Below, piece by piece: positions 9,581 to 21,711 of a stretch of 25,890 nt of DNA. The stretch is taken from the UHGV virus genome UHGV-0306558; one strand, given 5' to 3'. The notes beneath the pieces are model-generated. The model did no database searches. It was not told the DNA's origin and saw nothing but the letters and a program-made list of their open reading frames with translations. The translations under genes were made by a program, and so were the position numbers. This DNA comes from a virus. The stretch's first letter is position 1; the number at the start of each line of letters is the position of its first letter.

Positions 9581-10956
9581 TCCACCGTAAATTGAATGCC
9601 TGATTTTGACGTGTAGCTACCTCCTGCTGATTGCTGAGTAGGCGGCTGTTGCATTGATGATTTCTTCCCTCCATTACCGACATTAACGTTATATTGCTGG
9701 TTGTAATTGTCGGTATATTGCTGAATGTCGCGCATTGATTGTTGCAGTGCTTCAGGGCTTGAGAAATCAACCTGTGGCATACCTTGAAAATACATCTTTG
9801 CTTCTGCAACGGTGTTGATACCGGATGCCCCCATGTCTCTGGCTGCTGCAATGCCCTGATTCTGCATCTTTCCTTGGATTCGCTGTGCAGCGTTGTATAG
9901 TTTCCTCTGATCACCACCAGATGCACGGCTACGAATATCTGCACCAAGAGCAGGAGAACCTGAAGAGCCTGTAATGCCAGTCATGAAGCCAAGATCGTCA
10001 ATTGATGCACCAGAAATTGCATCAAGATCTTTCTTCATTGCGTAATTCTGCGCGCTTGCTGCCGATGTAGCCGGAGCGGCAATAGAGCCAGCAGGGACGC
10101 GAACCATATTCCCCTCGTTGTCGATACCTTCGTAGAACGCATTAGCCCCAGCGCCGTGAAGCTTCCCGCCTACCGTTACAGTTCTGCCATCTGCTAACTG
10201 AACTGTACGCTCATTATTCCCAACCGATCCTTTCATTGATGCTCTCTGCATCGATAAATCCTGACCGCGCATCGTGATATTCTGACCACGTGCTGTTAGC
10301 GCCTCGCCAGCCTGATTGCTGCGGATTGTCTCTGCCAGCCTGCCTCTGTCAATTTCACGACCAGCCATCTTGTCCTGAACAGCAAACGCCTTTTCTGGTC
10401 CAAGCGCACCGAGAGACATAGTAGTCAGCATGTGTGATAGCTGCTCTGGATTCTGGATACCTGTCTGAATCATCCAGTCAGCATTCGCCCCCACGCGATT
10501 TAACCTGTCCTTATTGTCAGTAATGAATTTACTGTAGGCTTCCGGTCCCTGAGAAAGAGCGACGTTAGCCCTCATGGCTAAATCGCCCATATCGTTGCGT
10601 TGCTGCTCATTAAGACCGGAAAACGCCTGTTGTGCCTGCGCAACAAACGCTGGATTTTCCTTGGCAAACTTAAATAGTCCCGATGGATCACCAGAAGCCC
10701 ATGCATCAGCATGAACCTTATTGAACGCATTAATCGCTTTCTGTTGCTGTTCCTGCTTATAAATATCAGCAACTCCAGCCAGACCACGTAACGCGGTCAG
10801 ACCAACGTTATTTGCACCTGAGCGAGCCAGTTCATTGTTTTCGCGGATCAGACCAAGCGTTGCGTTAATGTCGCTTGCCTTTGGCGCATTCTCATTTTGC
10901 GTACCGATGCCAGCCAGAAAACCACCAGAATTAATACCCTGTTGCCACGTAGCCAT
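9577..10956 (-). CDS. Ejection protein, P22 gp20-like
   Basis: 459-aa Gly/Ala/Gln-rich product in the gene-20 position between gp7 and gp16. Confidence 0.85.
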   Translation of the reverse strand: MATWQQGINSGGFLAGIGTQNENAPKASDINATLGLIRENNELARSGANNVGLTALRGLAGVADIYKQEQQQKAINAFNKVHADAWASGDPSGLFKFAKENPAFVAQAQQAFSGLNEQQRNDMGDLAMRANVALSQGPEAYSKFITDNKDRLNRVGANADWMIQTGIQNPEQLSHMLTTMSLGALGPEKAFAVQDKMAGREIDRGRLAETIRSNQAGEALTARGQNITMRGQDLSMQRASMKGSVGNNERTVQLADGRTVTVGGKLHGAGANAFYEGIDNEGNMVRVPAGSIAAPATSAASAQNYAMKKDLDAISGASIDDLGFMTGITGSSGSPALGADIRSRASGGDQRKLYNAAQRIQGKMQNQGIAAARDMGASGINTVAEAKMYFQGMPQVDFSSPEALQQSMRDIQQYTDNYNQQYNVNVGNGGKKSSMQQPPTQQSAGGSYTSKSGIQFTVE

Positions 10957-10966
10957 TGATTACCCC

Positions 10967-11659
10967 TTAAAACAACGAGCCAAGCAGACCAAGACCGCCG
11001 CCGATCGCAGCCCCCCACGGAGTTGATGAACCAATTAATTTCGCAAGTCCGGCCCCAGCAATAGCACCAGACGCACCTCCGCCAATAGCAGATTGCATTG
11101 CTGATGGTCTGTTGGCATTTGCCGCTGCAAGAGCCGCACTTTGCTGCGAAATCTGACTCATGTTGTTGGCATATGTCTGCCCGGCGTTTGCCTGACCTTG
11201 CAGTGCGCCAAGACCAATATTTGCCAGATTCTGGTAGTTGTTCATCTGACCAGATAGCCATTGCTGACCAAGCGTTGGTGCGATTGTTGCTAACTGATTA
11301 CTGGTTGCTGTGGAACCTAATCCACCCGTTGCTTCCGCTGCCGCCAGACTCTGATAGCGAGCCTGACCAGCAAGATCTTTGTACTGCTGAGAGTTGTAAT
11401 ACTGGTTAAGCGCCTGACCTTGCCCCTCCAGAGACGATAAGTTTTCGAGGCTTCCGACATACTTATCAGCCAGAGGAGTAAACGGCTTCAGGTTGTTCAT
11501 GATGGTGTTGAACTGCTGATTTTGCAGGTCTGCAGCATACTTCTGGGCTTCTGCTGCATACTTTGCGCTTTTATCAGAACTGCCACCTTTCCCGCCTTTT
11601 TCAGGGCAATAAGGTTCCTCGCCGCGCAGTTTTCTGCCCAGCTTAAATGCATATAACAT
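10967..11659 (-). CDS. Ejection protein, P22 gp7-like
   Basis: MLYAFKLGRKLRGEEPYCPEKGGKGGSSDKSAKYAAEAQ... with Gly-rich hydrophobic C-terminus, recalled as P22 gp7. Confidence 0.85.
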   Translation of the reverse strand: MLYAFKLGRKLRGEEPYCPEKGGKGGSSDKSAKYAAEAQKYAADLQNQQFNTIMNNLKPFTPLADKYVGSLENLSSLEGQGQALNQYYNSQQYKDLAGQARYQSLAAAEATGGLGSTATSNQLATIAPTLGQQWLSGQMNNYQNLANIGLGALQGQANAGQTYANNMSQISQQSAALAAANANRPSAMQSAIGGGASGAIAGAGLAKLIGSSTPWGAAIGGGLGLLGSLF

Positions 11660-11661
11660 GG

Positions 11662-12117
11662 CTATCTCCCGTGATTCAGGAAGTCGATTAGTTCTTCGCG
11701 TGTGGCGCTGTAAAAAGTCACGTCATCCACGCCTTTGAAGTATTTCTTGATGGTTCCTACACGCTTAAGGCCAATCATTGCGCAGTACATCTGACCGTGG
11801 CGGAATTTGCGTGCGGCGAACGATGTGACGCACTGAACGGTGGTGTTAGTCAGAATGTATCGCCAGAACGCCAGCCCAATTTCCTTGCTGAAGCCGCGAA
11901 TCTCTGGCAGGTACATGGCGTGGCAATCGAATGTCAGCGGCTGAATCTCCTGATAGTAAACAATGCCGCCGAACTGCCCGTGCACGTTCACCTCAAAGTA
12001 ACGGCAATCAGGTTTGTAGTCGTATCCATCACCGTTGTTGCTCCCGGCAATAATGTCAGGGTGATTTCCGACTGCTTCGATCAGGTCGATGTTTCGCGTT
12101 GGTTTGAACTGAATCAT
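11662..12117 (-). CDS. Gene-14-like virion assembly/ejection accessory protein
   Basis: Assigned by synteny between tail needle and gp7 in the P22 order 26-14-7-20-16. ATG at 12117 overlaps the upstream stop; GTG at 12120 is an alternative. Confidence 0.6.
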   Translation of the reverse strand: MIQFKPTRNIDLIEAVGNHPDIIAGSNNGDGYDYKPDCRYFEVNVHGQFGGIVYYQEIQPLTFDCHAMYLPEIRGFSKEIGLAFWRYILTNTTVQCVTSFAARKFRHGQMYCAMIGLKRVGTIKKYFKGVDDVTFYSATREELIDFLNHGR

Positions 12118-12881
12118 CACTGCTCCGCGATTATCTTGATGGTTGTGGCAGTAAACGCCGCACCATTTGACTGGATGGTTAACGTACTGCCATTTGTGGC
12201 AAGAAATCCGTCTTTATCCACGCTGAAGAACGTAGCTAACAGGATGTTGTCGGTTGTTGTCGCCGCATTACGACTGCTTACCAGTGTGTCAGGAACAGAA
12301 CCGGAAAATGTTAGCTGCATTGACCTGTTGGCGGTTCCGCTGGGCCACGTCCCGACGATAGACAGCTTGAAGAACAAGGTTTTGTTCTCGTTGAACACAA
12401 CCATCTTGTTGTTAACGGTGTCGAAGAATGGTGCCAACGTGCCGGATGACGGCGTGAGCGTTTTCAGTAGGCTAACAAGGTTGGTCGGCGCTGTCGGGAT
12501 GGTTACTGATACGCCAGAGTAAACAACCTCTGATTTCTTACGAGTAGTGGCATACTCAAGAGCATCGATGCGCGTTTCATGTTCCTGAAGAGTTGATTCT
12601 GCCTGGCTGATTCGCTCCTCATGATTAACAAGCGTTGCTTCCGCAGCAGAAATTCGCTGCTCATGGTCAGCGAGAATCACATCCTGCTCATCGTTCCTGA
12701 CCTGTGCATCATAAGCGCCCTGTCCGGCCTCGTTGGCCTTGTTAGCCACGTTACCAACATCAGTGCCCTGTGCGATAACGTAAAGCAGATACGACTGCGA
12801 GAAGATATTGCGTGGAAGGACTGATGTGTCGAGCCGTGCAGCCTGAATGATTACCGGCACATTGAGATTCGAATCCGCCAT
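12117..12881 (-). CDS. Tail needle (gp26-like): conserved N-terminus, coiled-coil heptads, divergent C-terminal knob
   Basis: N-terminus [43 protein letters not shown]...[17 protein letters not shown] matches P22 gp26. Repeats [35 protein letters not shown] follow. The last ~130 aa are beta-rich and unlike P22. Confidence 0.85.
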   Translation of the reverse strand: MADSNLNVPVIIQAARLDTSVLPRNIFSQSYLLYVIAQGTDVGNVANKANEAGQGAYDAQVRNDEQDVILADHEQRISAAEATLVNHEERISQAESTLQEHETRIDALEYATTRKKSEVVYSGVSVTIPTAPTNLVSLLKTLTPSSGTLAPFFDTVNNKMVVFNENKTLFFKLSIVGTWPSGTANRSMQLTFSGSVPDTLVSSRNAATTTDNILLATFFSVDKDGFLATNGSTLTIQSNGAAFTATTIKIIAEQ

Positions 12882-14299
12882 TACTCAATCCTTATCTGGC
12901 AGCCAGACAGAGTGACAGGTGACTTCGTGATAACGCGCAATTTGAAGCCAATGTTTTTCCTGATGCGCCCGACACGCTTCCACAAAACGCGTTTGTCGTA
13001 AACGAACGGTTCATTCTTCTCAATCATCTGCTCACGTCCATAATTGATGCCGTCAGTGGTTGCCGATAGGAACAGGCGGTCAGCGTACTGCGCAACGCCA
13101 GTTGACGATTCAACTTCAAGGTCGAAAACTCTGGCGTTATCCGCTTTGAACAACGGAGTAAATAGCAGGTGTTCCTGTTGCTTGTCGTACTGGCTGCTGA
13201 TATCGAATTGCAATTTCCCGGCCACGGACTCCAGCTTATCGCCGCACGTTATCTGATTGCCTTCGTAAATGAAGTCGATAGCGCGGTACACATCGTCATA
13301 CAGGCCTGTTTTCAGTACACACCATTGCGGACCATTGGCGCTTGAAGATGCGTCGTACACCAGAACATGGCGCGGAAGATGGATAATCAGTAACTCATGC
13401 GCATCAAACCGCAACGATTCCATCACGCCATCAGCCAGTTCATCAGCAGTGTAGGAGCGGAGGATTTTCTCAATGCTCGCACTGGCGATTGGTGACACCT
13501 GACCGGAGCCGATGATATACACAGACGGCGCACCTGTTGCCGGATTGCTGATGAACGCATACGAATCGGCGAACGGCGTTTTGCAGTAAGTCCCGGCAAT
13601 ACCTTTCTGCACCATCAGCGATGGCTGGGCGACATACAAAGCAGCACCAACGGTGGTTGCCCCAGTCAGGGAAAAATATTCAATCGTCGATGAACCAAAG
13701 CAGACGATGAAGTCTCGCCATGTTCCGATACCGATGATGCCGTCCGGCTGCGATTCTGCGCGATATTGTGCACTGTAGCGGTCAGGATGCGATTCGTCTT
13801 CAAGGTCAGTGATAAACCATGAATCAGTACCGTCTTTTGACCACGCATAACGCCCACGTAAGCGTGTAATGTCGCGGACTGAACCTAACTCATACTGCGT
13901 GAATCCGCTGTCTGTAGGCCAGTTTGAGACGGTTTTAACCGTGCCATCATAACGATACTCGACCAGTTGACCATTAACGCCTACAGCCTGAGATGTTCGA
14001 CCATGCGCCATTGATACGCGACCACTTCCGGCAACATCACCGACTTCACTTTCGCCTTTGTACAGCTTGCCACCACACACGCGATAAACAGCATTCTGCG
14101 CCATGTTGTACTCGACGCCACGCGATACGCCGTTCACATCAGAACGTTTGGCAATGCCCGGGAATGAGCGAAGATATCCGCTGCTGTTAAGGATTTCTTT
14201 TGGTGTAGCCAACATATTCACTGGCAGATAGTCGATATAGTCAGCGTTTCGAAAGTCTTTGCCGACACCTTTCATAAGCGGAAGTTGCTGAATCGGCAT
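12881..14299 (-). CDS. Tail accessory / head-completion protein, gp10-like
   Basis: 472-aa ORF in the gene-10 position; same length as recalled for P22 gp10. Confidence 0.8.
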   Translation of the reverse strand: MPIQQLPLMKGVGKDFRNADYIDYLPVNMLATPKEILNSSGYLRSFPGIAKRSDVNGVSRGVEYNMAQNAVYRVCGGKLYKGESEVGDVAGSGRVSMAHGRTSQAVGVNGQLVEYRYDGTVKTVSNWPTDSGFTQYELGSVRDITRLRGRYAWSKDGTDSWFITDLEDESHPDRYSAQYRAESQPDGIIGIGTWRDFIVCFGSSTIEYFSLTGATTVGAALYVAQPSLMVQKGIAGTYCKTPFADSYAFISNPATGAPSVYIIGSGQVSPIASASIEKILRSYTADELADGVMESLRFDAHELLIIHLPRHVLVYDASSSANGPQWCVLKTGLYDDVYRAIDFIYEGNQITCGDKLESVAGKLQFDISSQYDKQQEHLLFTPLFKADNARVFDLEVESSTGVAQYADRLFLSATTDGINYGREQMIEKNEPFVYDKRVLWKRVGRIRKNIGFKLRVITKSPVTLSGCQIRIE

Positions 14300-14800
14300 T
14301 TATTCGCTCCCGTTATCGCAAGGTTCCTTTCGGTGGAAGTAATTCCAACCGTTCCACTTCGCCAACTGATTACCGCTACCAACAGGCATACGGTTTGGAT
14401 AACCGGACTTACATTTAGCGGCTTTTGCTCTGTCCATTGCAGACAGTTTGACGAGTCGCTCTTTCCCGTATCTGGCAGTGGTTATAAGTTTTGCAGACGC
14501 TTCCAGCGCATAATCCGGTGCAATGCGGCAGGCAAGGTTGAAAATGACAGCATTGATAGCGTTATTTGATAAACCGTGCTCATCGCCCGGATCCGGAGCG
14601 ACATCTGCATCAGCGAAAATGTAGCCAACGTTGATACCAGGTGACACATCACCGCCAAGCCATTCAGCCATCATCATTTCAAGGTCGTTGACGCCGTCTT
14701 CCATAGACTGCGGTTCGACATCGGTTAACGTGGCATTTGATGCCACACCGAGCTTACGTAATGCCGCAAGGACTAAATCACCCTTCGTTGTCAGGTTCAT
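14300..14800 (-). CDS. Head-completion protein, gp4-like
   Basis: From internal ATG 14800: [33 protein letters not shown]... resembles P22 gp4. The track ORF extends to 14887 through the SQ-repeat frame, which is judged an artefact. Confidence 0.8.
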   Translation of the reverse strand: MNLTTKGDLVLAALRKLGVASNATLTDVEPQSMEDGVNDLEMMMAEWLGGDVSPGINVGYIFADADVAPDPGDEHGLSNNAINAVIFNLACRIAPDYALEASAKLITTARYGKERLVKLSAMDRAKAAKCKSGYPNRMPVGSGNQLAKWNGWNYFHRKEPCDNGSE

Positions 14801-15026
14801 CTGCTGCCGCCTTAGGTTTTCGACCAGGCTTTTTACGCTGTTTTTCTTCTGGCTCTGGCTCTGGCTCTGGCTCTGGCTCTGCAACATCCTTCAAAAGGTC
14901 ATCAGGATGTGAAAACCAACCAGCATCCAGATATTCCTGAAGCTCTTCGGCTTTCACGATTTCAAAGTCGTATCCAACGCCTTTCCATTTCTTCATGTCG
15001 CCATGACGAAAGATCATGTGTGTCAT
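14778..15026 (-). CDS. Small protein with (EP)5 linker and basic C-terminal tail, between coat and gp4
   Basis: ATG 15026 is 7 nt after GGAG and 44 nt after the coat stop. 82 aa: folded-looking N-terminal half, [10 protein letters not shown], then [11 protein letters not shown] tail. Overlaps the gp4 start by 23 nt in another frame. Confidence 0.55.
   Translation of the reverse strand: MTHMIFRHGDMKKWKGVGYDFEIVKAEELQEYLDAGWFSHPDDLLKDVAEPEPEPEPEPEEKQRKKPGRKPKAAADEPDNEG
14851..14881. repeat. Perfect hexanucleotide tandem repeat (GGCTCT) x5
   Basis: ggctctggctctggctctggctctggctctg read directly. On the minus strand it encodes the EP repeat of the small ORF. Confidence 0.95.
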
Positions 15027-15070
15027 GCTTGTCTCCAGATAAAAAAGGGAGCCGAAGCTCCCTCTGGTTA

Positions 15071-16366
15071 TCACGCAGTCTGGTTAGGCAGACCAACACC
15101 AATTGCCTCTGGTCGTACAGCACATGCTGAATACCACACAGCAATACGGCACTTACCAGACAGAGTGTTGATATCACCCTGCGTTGCGAAGATGCCGTTA
15201 ACACCAATGCCTGGAATGCTGAAGGAAGAAGTTTTCATACCAGCAAACAGTTCATGGGTTACCGGGATCGGCTGAGACAGCAGGCGGATTGAGTCATCAG
15301 CCCAGAACACGTTAGCGGTGGTTGTTGCCACGTTCAGAACGTTTACCGGAGTGGTATCAGCAAGAGAGGTGTTTACGTTAGCGTAAGCCTTCTCTTCTTT
15401 TGTCAGTGACGCGTCATCCAGTGCAATCGGCTTCGGCGTGATTTCGATGTGAGTACTATCGATCACACGGGTGATTGAGAAAGTCGCATCATCAGTCAGC
15501 ACGTTCTTCGCCATCTGAGACAGGAATTTCACACCAGTGAAGCTGATTTTGTCGCCGCGCTTAAATCCGGTGGTGGAGGATACGGTCACCGTTGCAACAC
15601 GGTTGTCGACGTTCTCTTTGTTACCATCGGTATCAAGGGTGTATGCCTGCGGCTTAAACTTCTGCGCACCAGAAACAGTTACACCAGTAGCGGTTGACTT
15701 GGTAACTGCCGGAAGTTTCGGTGAGCGAAGAATTTCATCAAAGCCAGCAATCTGACGCTGAATAGTACCGTTGCGATACGCGTCTTCAGGAACGCGCCCA
15801 AAGATGTCACCATCTACCAGGTTGCGGCCTGCTTTGCGGTAATCGTCAGGGTTCAGGAAGTAACTGATGCCCATATCGCGGTTTAGCTCACGGGAGAACA
15901 TCAGGCGCTCTGCATCAGACACAAAATCCCAGCCAGACAGGCCAGTAGATGGACCAATTGCGCGGGTATCGTGAACAACAAGTGAGCCCATTTCGGTTGC
16001 CTGTTTGGCAATTGCTGACTCAATGTTATTCGCCAGTTTTTTGGCGGATGCCTGGATGCGGCGACGGTAAGAACGCTCATCACGCAGGTCATCTGCACGA
16101 AGCTCGAAGAAATCGTTATCCGGATCGCCCATGTTGCATTTCACGGAGAGTTCCAGAATCCCGGTTGCGTTGCCAGTTAAATCCCAGCCAGTCTGGGTTG
16201 GCGCTTCCTGCTCAACAGGCATCCACACGGTGTTGCTTGAACGCTGCATGGATTCTGCCGGAGGGGTGTATTTTGTCACTTTTGACGCCATTGGCGTCAG
16301 GTTCTGGACGGTTTCGATGATTTCATCCAGAGCATACGTGACCAGTTGACCTTCATTTAATGCCAT
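15071..16366 (-). CDS. Major capsid (coat) protein, P22 gp5-like
   Basis: [27 protein letters not shown]... 431 aa; strong resemblance to P22 coat as recalled. Confidence 0.93.
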   Translation of the reverse strand: MALNEGQLVTYALDEIIETVQNLTPMASKVTKYTPPAESMQRSSNTVWMPVEQEAPTQTGWDLTGNATGILELSVKCNMGDPDNDFFELRADDLRDERSYRRRIQASAKKLANNIESAIAKQATEMGSLVVHDTRAIGPSTGLSGWDFVSDAERLMFSRELNRDMGISYFLNPDDYRKAGRNLVDGDIFGRVPEDAYRNGTIQRQIAGFDEILRSPKLPAVTKSTATGVTVSGAQKFKPQAYTLDTDGNKENVDNRVATVTVSSTTGFKRGDKISFTGVKFLSQMAKNVLTDDATFSITRVIDSTHIEITPKPIALDDASLTKEEKAYANVNTSLADTTPVNVLNVATTTANVFWADDSIRLLSQPIPVTHELFAGMKTSSFSIPGIGVNGIFATQGDINTLSGKCRIAVWYSACAVRPEAIGVGLPNQTA

Positions 16367-17277
16367 TATCGAATTCCTTTATTCAGTTGCGCCTTGAGCT
16401 TGCGGTACGTCTCTACATCCCCTTTGTTTGCTGCCGCCTCCATCTGCTTTTCAATCGCAGAGATATTTGCAGCAACAGCATGTCCCTGAATGGGTTCATC
16501 AGGTAACGGGGCTTCTGAAACAGGCTTGGCTCGAGGCTTGAGAGTTAAACGTTCTGACAGTCGAGTGAGTTCAATCAGCGCGGATTGCCCGTCCATCGCC
16601 AGCAAATGGCGTGTTTTCTCAGGATTAGCACCAAGGTGATACATGAGAGCAGCGGATTTCTCCGGGAAGAGGCGCATGATGTCGGCACCGACTGCTGGCG
16701 GCACCAGTTGCATGAATGCATCCTCTTTCTCCTGATAGTCAGGGATATTGAGCTTTTCCGCTGCGTCGTAGTGCTTACGGGCTGCCTCGACGTATTGCGC
16801 TGATTGCTGGGTGAACTCCTGAGTTTTGCGACCCTGCTCGGCGACAGCCTGGCTTCGTGCGTCCATAGCCTTGATCTGCCATTCACTGTTTGCCTGCTGG
16901 AAGGCAGCCAGTGCGCGGCTCTGGTCATAGTCGTACTTAGCCAGTGCATCTTCGGAAAGATAATCGTTAGGGTCTGGTTGTTTTGGTAACTCAGGGTTCA
17001 CCCGCAGGTGCTCCGGCAATTCTCCACGCTTAACCGCTTCCATCTGCTGCTCAAGCTCACGCTGGCGTTTGCGTTCGATGCGGCGACGGGCAAATTCAGC
17101 ATTAGTTGCCGGGTCTTGTTTTGGTTTCTCATCGTCTTTCAGGACAATCTCGAAGCCTTCTTCCTGACCTGCGCTGTCGTTGGCATTATCGACAACTAAG
17201 CCATCAGCAGATGCCGCTGCATGATTGCCGGGCAGGGTTAATTCTTCAGAAGCCTGAATGTCGGTGGTTTGGTCCAT
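16366..17277 (-). CDS. Scaffolding protein, P22 gp8-like
   Basis: 303-aa acidic helical protein; C-terminus [18 protein letters not shown] resembles the P22 scaffold. Stop overlaps coat start (TAATG). Confidence 0.92.
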   Translation of the reverse strand: MDQTTDIQASEELTLPGNHAAASADGLVVDNANDSAGQEEGFEIVLKDDEKPKQDPATNAEFARRRIERKRQRELEQQMEAVKRGELPEHLRVNPELPKQPDPNDYLSEDALAKYDYDQSRALAAFQQANSEWQIKAMDARSQAVAEQGRKTQEFTQQSAQYVEAARKHYDAAEKLNIPDYQEKEDAFMQLVPPAVGADIMRLFPEKSAALMYHLGANPEKTRHLLAMDGQSALIELTRLSERLTLKPRAKPVSEAPLPDEPIQGHAVAANISAIEKQMEAAANKGDVETYRKLKAQLNKGIR

Positions 17278-17290
17278 GATTAACTCTCTC

Positions 17291-19456
17291 TTATTGAGGT
17301 GTCTCGGCTACTCCGCCGGAGGGGATTTGAACTTGACGCATAAGATTCGCGAAATCCATGCGTTGTGAATGAGTCTGGTCTGCATCTTTAAGAAGCAGCT
17401 CAGCGTTAGCACGAGCATCTTTGCTGCGCTGTTGCTGGAATTGACCTACGAGCTTGAGGTACTCACGCAGTTCTGCCTGCTTGTCGAGGTCCATATTGTT
17501 GAAGATTTCTGCAATCTTCGCGGCGTTGAGTTGGTTTTGAGCTTCAACCTTGGCAGCTTCAACCTGAATCTGCGCCTGTTGGTTCTCTGCCTTGAGCAAT
17601 TCAGCCTGACCTTGCAGAAGGATACCCTGCGCCTGAATTTGCTCTGCTGATGGCTGCTGCGGCTGCTGTTGAGCCTGCTGTACCATCTCCATCTCTTCAG
17701 GTGTTTCTGGTTTCTTCAGCCCCATCATCACCAGTTGCTTGTTCGCGTACTCTCGCATCATCTCGACGCCTTTACCGTCAAGCAGCGTGAAGTATTGCAG
17801 CATCAGCATCTGGAACTCTGGAGTACCTTGCGGAACCTTGGTGAGTAACTCCTGAATCTCTGCGCGGTTCTGTTCCTTCATGCTCTGGAAGGATGGCCCA
17901 ACGTCCGTATAGCACTCATAGCGACCGCGAATGTCGTTGAGTGTGACCACATTGCCGGACTGATAATCGACAACTTGCGCATAGAGTTGAACGTCTTTCT
18001 CGCTTCCATCTTCAAGTGTCAGCGTTACATGACGAGGAACGTCATAAATATCGTTGACCATTGAGGCATAAATCTCGCCATCACGTCGCATTGCGGTAGC
18101 CAGGTTATCCTGAAACACGTATGTCTCAAGGTCTGCCCGCATGTTCAGTTGATTGACGGTATCGAAAGCGACCTGACCATTTGCCGCCTGCGCATCCACG
18201 CCAAGACTAGCCACCTCTTTCACTGCGTTGGTGGCAGCCTCAAGCATGTAAGCGTTGGCTTGCGGCACTTCAGGGTTTTCCATGTAGGAGATTGGACCAA
18301 TCGGCAGGTCGTTACCGTTTTCATCGGTCCTGTTCTGCAGATAGTACGGATAGTCATCATTTCCACCGTACATGTATTCGTAGCCTTCGATTTGCTCAGG
18401 AAAGAAGGTCGGTTTCTTCTTCGGTGAACGAGCAACAATATCGGCGTTGAATGACATGATCATGTTACGAAGGCGTTGACCGTCTTTCGTCAGCCTTACC
18501 ACTCCTTCGTAGCACTCCTTGTCACCAGCGAATGACCATTCGCCATACACTGGAACGATTGGAATATGCTCTCCGGCTATCTTCTCGCGGTCTTTCAGTA
18601 TCTGCGTGCAGGTGATGATCGACTTATACACACGCCGACGCTTCACCTTGCGCTCTGCTACCTTAATGAATCCACGATTAGCCAGGTCGTCGATGACGTC
18701 TTTGATATCCTGCTGGTAATAGCTGACCGGCTCACCTGTCAGCGGGTCGCGGTAGATGAAGACTTTCTCCTTCTTCTCTTCTACCTCGTAATACTCAGCG
18801 ACGTAGACGACATCATTCGATACCCACGGAAACAGCCATGTGTCGTTCGGATTCTGGAAAGATGGCAGGGTGTCAGGATCAATACCGTAATCCTCTGCGA
18901 ACTCTTTCCAGCCATTGCGCGACAAGGCGTTAATCACCGTGCAGTGCTTAGCGTCGCTCTTATCCATCTGCTTGCTGTTGGCGTCCCATATGACGTGTGA
19001 GCAGGCTTCATGAATTGGCAGGCGTCGAATTACCTGATTGTTGCTTGTTGGATCGTTGTCTTCGTACTGCGTGACCAGACGCCATGCACCAACGCCGGAC
19101 TCTATCTGCTCACGAACGCCAACGTTAACGGCAATTTTTGCCGTGTTATGGCGCATATCAGTACGATACATCCCCATCAACACATCGGCTGCATCAGGAT
19201 TAGCACCGTCTTTTGGTCGGAAGAGAACGTCGATAGGGTTCCGGCGCATCTCTGCGACCAGCTTCCTGACCACCGGGCGGACAACATCGAATTGTCCGCG
19301 ATATTGCAGGGTGGTGTAGTTTGATAGCCAGTCATCCCATTGCGACACTCGGCTAAAATACAGGTCATTTGTCGCCTCGGTTCTGGCTTCATCGCTCGCC
19401 ATCCAGTCTGCGTCAAACTTACACAGAATGGAATTGAGTCTGTTTTCTTCGGCCAT
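17291..19456 (-). CDS. Portal protein, P22 gp1-like
   Basis: 721 aa, [18 protein letters not shown]...; long C-terminal Gln-rich helical barrel typical of the P22 portal. Confidence 0.93.
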   Translation of the reverse strand: MAEENRLNSILCKFDADWMASDEARTEATNDLYFSRVSQWDDWLSNYTTLQYRGQFDVVRPVVRKLVAEMRRNPIDVLFRPKDGANPDAADVLMGMYRTDMRHNTAKIAVNVGVREQIESGVGAWRLVTQYEDNDPTSNNQVIRRLPIHEACSHVIWDANSKQMDKSDAKHCTVINALSRNGWKEFAEDYGIDPDTLPSFQNPNDTWLFPWVSNDVVYVAEYYEVEEKKEKVFIYRDPLTGEPVSYYQQDIKDVIDDLANRGFIKVAERKVKRRRVYKSIITCTQILKDREKIAGEHIPIVPVYGEWSFAGDKECYEGVVRLTKDGQRLRNMIMSFNADIVARSPKKKPTFFPEQIEGYEYMYGGNDDYPYYLQNRTDENGNDLPIGPISYMENPEVPQANAYMLEAATNAVKEVASLGVDAQAANGQVAFDTVNQLNMRADLETYVFQDNLATAMRRDGEIYASMVNDIYDVPRHVTLTLEDGSEKDVQLYAQVVDYQSGNVVTLNDIRGRYECYTDVGPSFQSMKEQNRAEIQELLTKVPQGTPEFQMLMLQYFTLLDGKGVEMMREYANKQLVMMGLKKPETPEEMEMVQQAQQQPQQPSAEQIQAQGILLQGQAELLKAENQQAQIQVEAAKVEAQNQLNAAKIAEIFNNMDLDKQAELREYLKLVGQFQQQRSKDARANAELLLKDADQTHSQRMDFANLMRQVQIPSGGVAETPQ

Positions 19457-20956
19457 TTAAGTTCTCCGTGCGATGGGCCTGATTGGGGCTGGTATCTTTT
19501 TCTCTTTTGGTTTTTTGATGTCGCGCATCATTTTTGCGAAGCGGCGCATCATGTATGCATAGCGAACGGCGGATAGCACGTCGTCGTTAAGCTTGACGAT
19601 TTTCCCGTTTTCATCACGGTGATAGAGGCGGAACTCCTCAAAGAATGGCTCACAGGTGTTGAATACTTTGAAGCGACCATCGAGCATCATGTCTCGCAAT
19701 TCAGTGATGCCAGGCTCAACAGCATTACCGCCATCAGGCCATGTCGCATGCTCCTGCAACATCATAAAACCAGCGTCGGCATACTGCCCTTTGAGCTGCT
19801 CACCGCCGCCCTTCTCATGCTGGTTTCCGTCATGAGGCCATGCGGTTGGCACTTTATGCGCCCATGATTTAACGGCTCCCCACGCCTGAACGGCTGTTTT
19901 TTCTTTCGCCTTCCACACGCGTGAAACGTAGATTATGTCTGCGTCCTTATCCCACCAAAGCTGAACCTGCGCCTGAGGGTGATCCCATCCGAAATCCATC
20001 CCGCCAATTACGTAGAAGTGATCAGGACACTCGAACGGCTGACACTTAATCGTCTCTTCCGGTATCTGGAAGATTCGACCACTACCCATCGTAGGAATAC
20101 CGCGAGCACGCGCCTCTCTCTCATGCTCGGGATAGGATGCGATGATTTGCTCTTTCTGCTCTTCGGTATAGTGCTCAGCGTCATAGATGGTCATGTTGAC
20201 CACTTTCTGCGACTTGCTGGGGTTCTTCAGGAACTTGGTAACAACGTCAGACATCCCCATCAGCGGGGTAAACGTCAGAATTGAGAATTGCCCGTATTTG
20301 TTGGTACGGGTAAGGCCTTCGCCATAAATGCTGTATGGTGGCTCTTCGTCAAACCACACGCCGTGGATTGTGTCACCCTGCCAGCGAGCACGGCCTTGCG
20401 AGTATGGCTTGAAGTAGCAGATTGAAATACCATCTTCAACGCCATCAGCCGTGTGATGCTTAACCAGAAGATGATCAACAAGGTTCGGAAAGAAAGGAGA
20501 CTTCTTCCAGCTAATGATGTCTTCTTTCGGTATGGAACCGTAGCCAGGCTCATCATTCTCTTCGATACGACCACACAGGATGCGTTGAGTCGTTTTGGTT
20601 ACAGTCTCGTTTGTCTCGCCGCCAATCCAGAAGACAACAGGCTCATAGAAACGCTTACCTTTCCACTCACCGCCATATTTACCATCAGCAGGATAGCCTT
20701 TTGTGCCCGGATAACGCCCGGTAAGGTGAAACGCGACTTCAGCAGCACCAGTAAATGACTTACCAAGCTGGTTACCAGCCATAAAACATCGCTCTGGATA
20801 GTCATGTCCGGCGTCGATGAACTCACGCTGTTTGCTGTATGGCGTAAATTCATATAGCAGGTGTGTGTTCCGGTAGTTCTCTTCTTCTTCGAGTAGCTCG
20901 AGCAACTCGATTTGCTCTTCGTCGCTCAGGTTATCAAGAATCGCGTCCAGTTCCAC
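19457..20956 (-). CDS. Terminase large subunit, P22 gp2-like
   Basis: 499 aa, (M)[36 protein letters not shown]... Start is GTG at 20956, preceded by AAGGAG. Confidence 0.92.
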   Translation of the reverse strand: MELDAILDNLSDEEQIELLELLEEEENYRNTHLLYEFTPYSKQREFIDAGHDYPERCFMAGNQLGKSFTGAAEVAFHLTGRYPGTKGYPADGKYGGEWKGKRFYEPVVFWIGGETNETVTKTTQRILCGRIEENDEPGYGSIPKEDIISWKKSPFFPNLVDHLLVKHHTADGVEDGISICYFKPYSQGRARWQGDTIHGVWFDEEPPYSIYGEGLTRTNKYGQFSILTFTPLMGMSDVVTKFLKNPSKSQKVVNMTIYDAEHYTEEQKEQIIASYPEHEREARARGIPTMGSGRIFQIPEETIKCQPFECPDHFYVIGGMDFGWDHPQAQVQLWWDKDADIIYVSRVWKAKEKTAVQAWGAVKSWAHKVPTAWPHDGNQHEKGGGEQLKGQYADAGFMMLQEHATWPDGGNAVEPGITELRDMMLDGRFKVFNTCEPFFEEFRLYHRDENGKIVKLNDDVLSAVRYAYMMRRFAKMMRDIKKPKEKKIPAPIRPIARRT

Positions 20957-21422
20957 GGTTGAATAGCTCCTTGATACGAGAGCGCCGCTTATCGCGATCT
21001 CCCTTATCAGGCGTCACGTCTTCAACTTGCGACTGCTCTTTGAGGCCCAAATCACGGGCGATGATGTTAGCGTTGAGAAGGTCAGCGGCTGCGCCAGAGA
21101 ATTTCTGGTCGTAGATGATGTCTTCCGCTCGTGATGTGACGTCAGAAAAACCTTCCATTGACCGGAAGGTTCCCCATGTTTGCCTGGTGATATCAAGGAA
21201 GGTACACAATCCTGAAATAGTCATGGCTCGCATCTTAGGGACATTAGCCTTAATTATTTCTCCCTGATATGAAAATACCTTACCCTCCCATAGCGGGTTA
21301 TCATCAGCCCACTCGAAGTATTCACAACAAGCAGCCCACAGCGCCTCAGGCGATTCGAATTTAGGATTTCGCCCATGACTACTGCGGGCCTCCCAAAATC
21401 GGTTGCCCTTTGGTGCTGCCAT
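20934..21422 (-). CDS. Terminase small subunit, P22 gp3-like
   Basis: 162 aa; [38 protein letters not shown] and C-terminus [38 protein letters not shown] match P22 gp3 as recalled. Central part diverges. Confidence 0.9.
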   Translation of the reverse strand: MAAPKGNRFWEARSSHGRNPKFESPEALWAACCEYFEWADDNPLWEGKVFSYQGEIIKANVPKMRAMTISGLCTFLDITRQTWGTFRSMEGFSDVTSRAEDIIYDQKFSGAAADLLNANIIARDLGLKEQSQVEDVTPDKGDRDKRRSRIKELFNRGTGRDS

Positions 21423-21427
21423 ATTGA

Positions 21428-21517
21428 TTATTTCCCTTCTGCTTGCTTATCCCATTCATCGCGGAATTTGGATGGGTTGTCGAAGCCCTGAGAGCCTGAA
21501 CAAACTTTGATTACCAT
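21428..21517 (-). CDS. Tiny ORF (29 aa) translationally coupled just upstream of the terminase small subunit gene
   Basis: [29 protein letters not shown]; its ATG overlaps the upstream stop (TAATG) and GGAG lies 7 nt upstream. Below the 60-aa cutoff of the ORF track. Confidence 0.3.
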   Translation of the reverse strand: MVIKVCSGSQGFDNPSKFRDEWDKQAEGK

Positions 21518-21711
21518 TACTTAGCTCCTTTCTGCTTGCCTGTGTTTGATGTCGTTTCAGCAGCAGCCCCAGAGCAATTAACGCTACCCGCAACACCATA
21601 TCCATAACCAGTCTTGAAGAAATTTTTGCCAGTAAATTGGTTAACAATCTTCCCGCAGCACGGGCAGCGTTGGCATTGGCAATAAGGGGATTGATTATTC
21701 CAGTGATACAT
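21517..21711 (-). CDS. Small Cys-rich protein (64 aa), unknown function
   Basis: MYHWNNQSPYCQCQRCPCCGKIVNQFTGKNFFKTGYGYGVAGSVNCSGAAAETTSNTGKQKGAK. ATG 21711 preceded by AGGAG at 7-8 nt. Five Cys in CxCxxCxCC suggest metal binding. Confidence 0.45.
   Translation of the reverse strand: MYHWNNQSPYCQCQRCPCCGKIVNQFTGKNFFKTGYGYGVAGSVNCSGAAAETTSNTGKQKGAK

Noticed and set aside
11797-12522. 241-aa plus-strand ORF
   Set aside because: Lies entirely antisense to the gene-14-like and tail-needle genes, has no SD and an odd composition. Judged a shadow ORF.
14851-14881. Tandem repeat considered as a possible CRISPR or regulatory repeat
   Set aside because: Units are 6 nt with no spacers, inside coding sequence. 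It is a coding microsatellite, not a CRISPR array.
14801-14887. N-terminal extension [15 protein letters not shown] of the gp4 ORF, which looks like an SQ-repeat protein
   Set aside because: This is the hexanucleotide repeat read in another frame. The gp4 homology begins at the internal ATG 14800, and the repeat belongs to the EP-linker ORF.
21456-21647. 63-aa minus-strand ORF in another frame
   Set aside because: Overlaps the Cys-rich ORF and the 29-aa coupled ORF, which have SD sequences and overlapping stop/start codons. No SD of its own.
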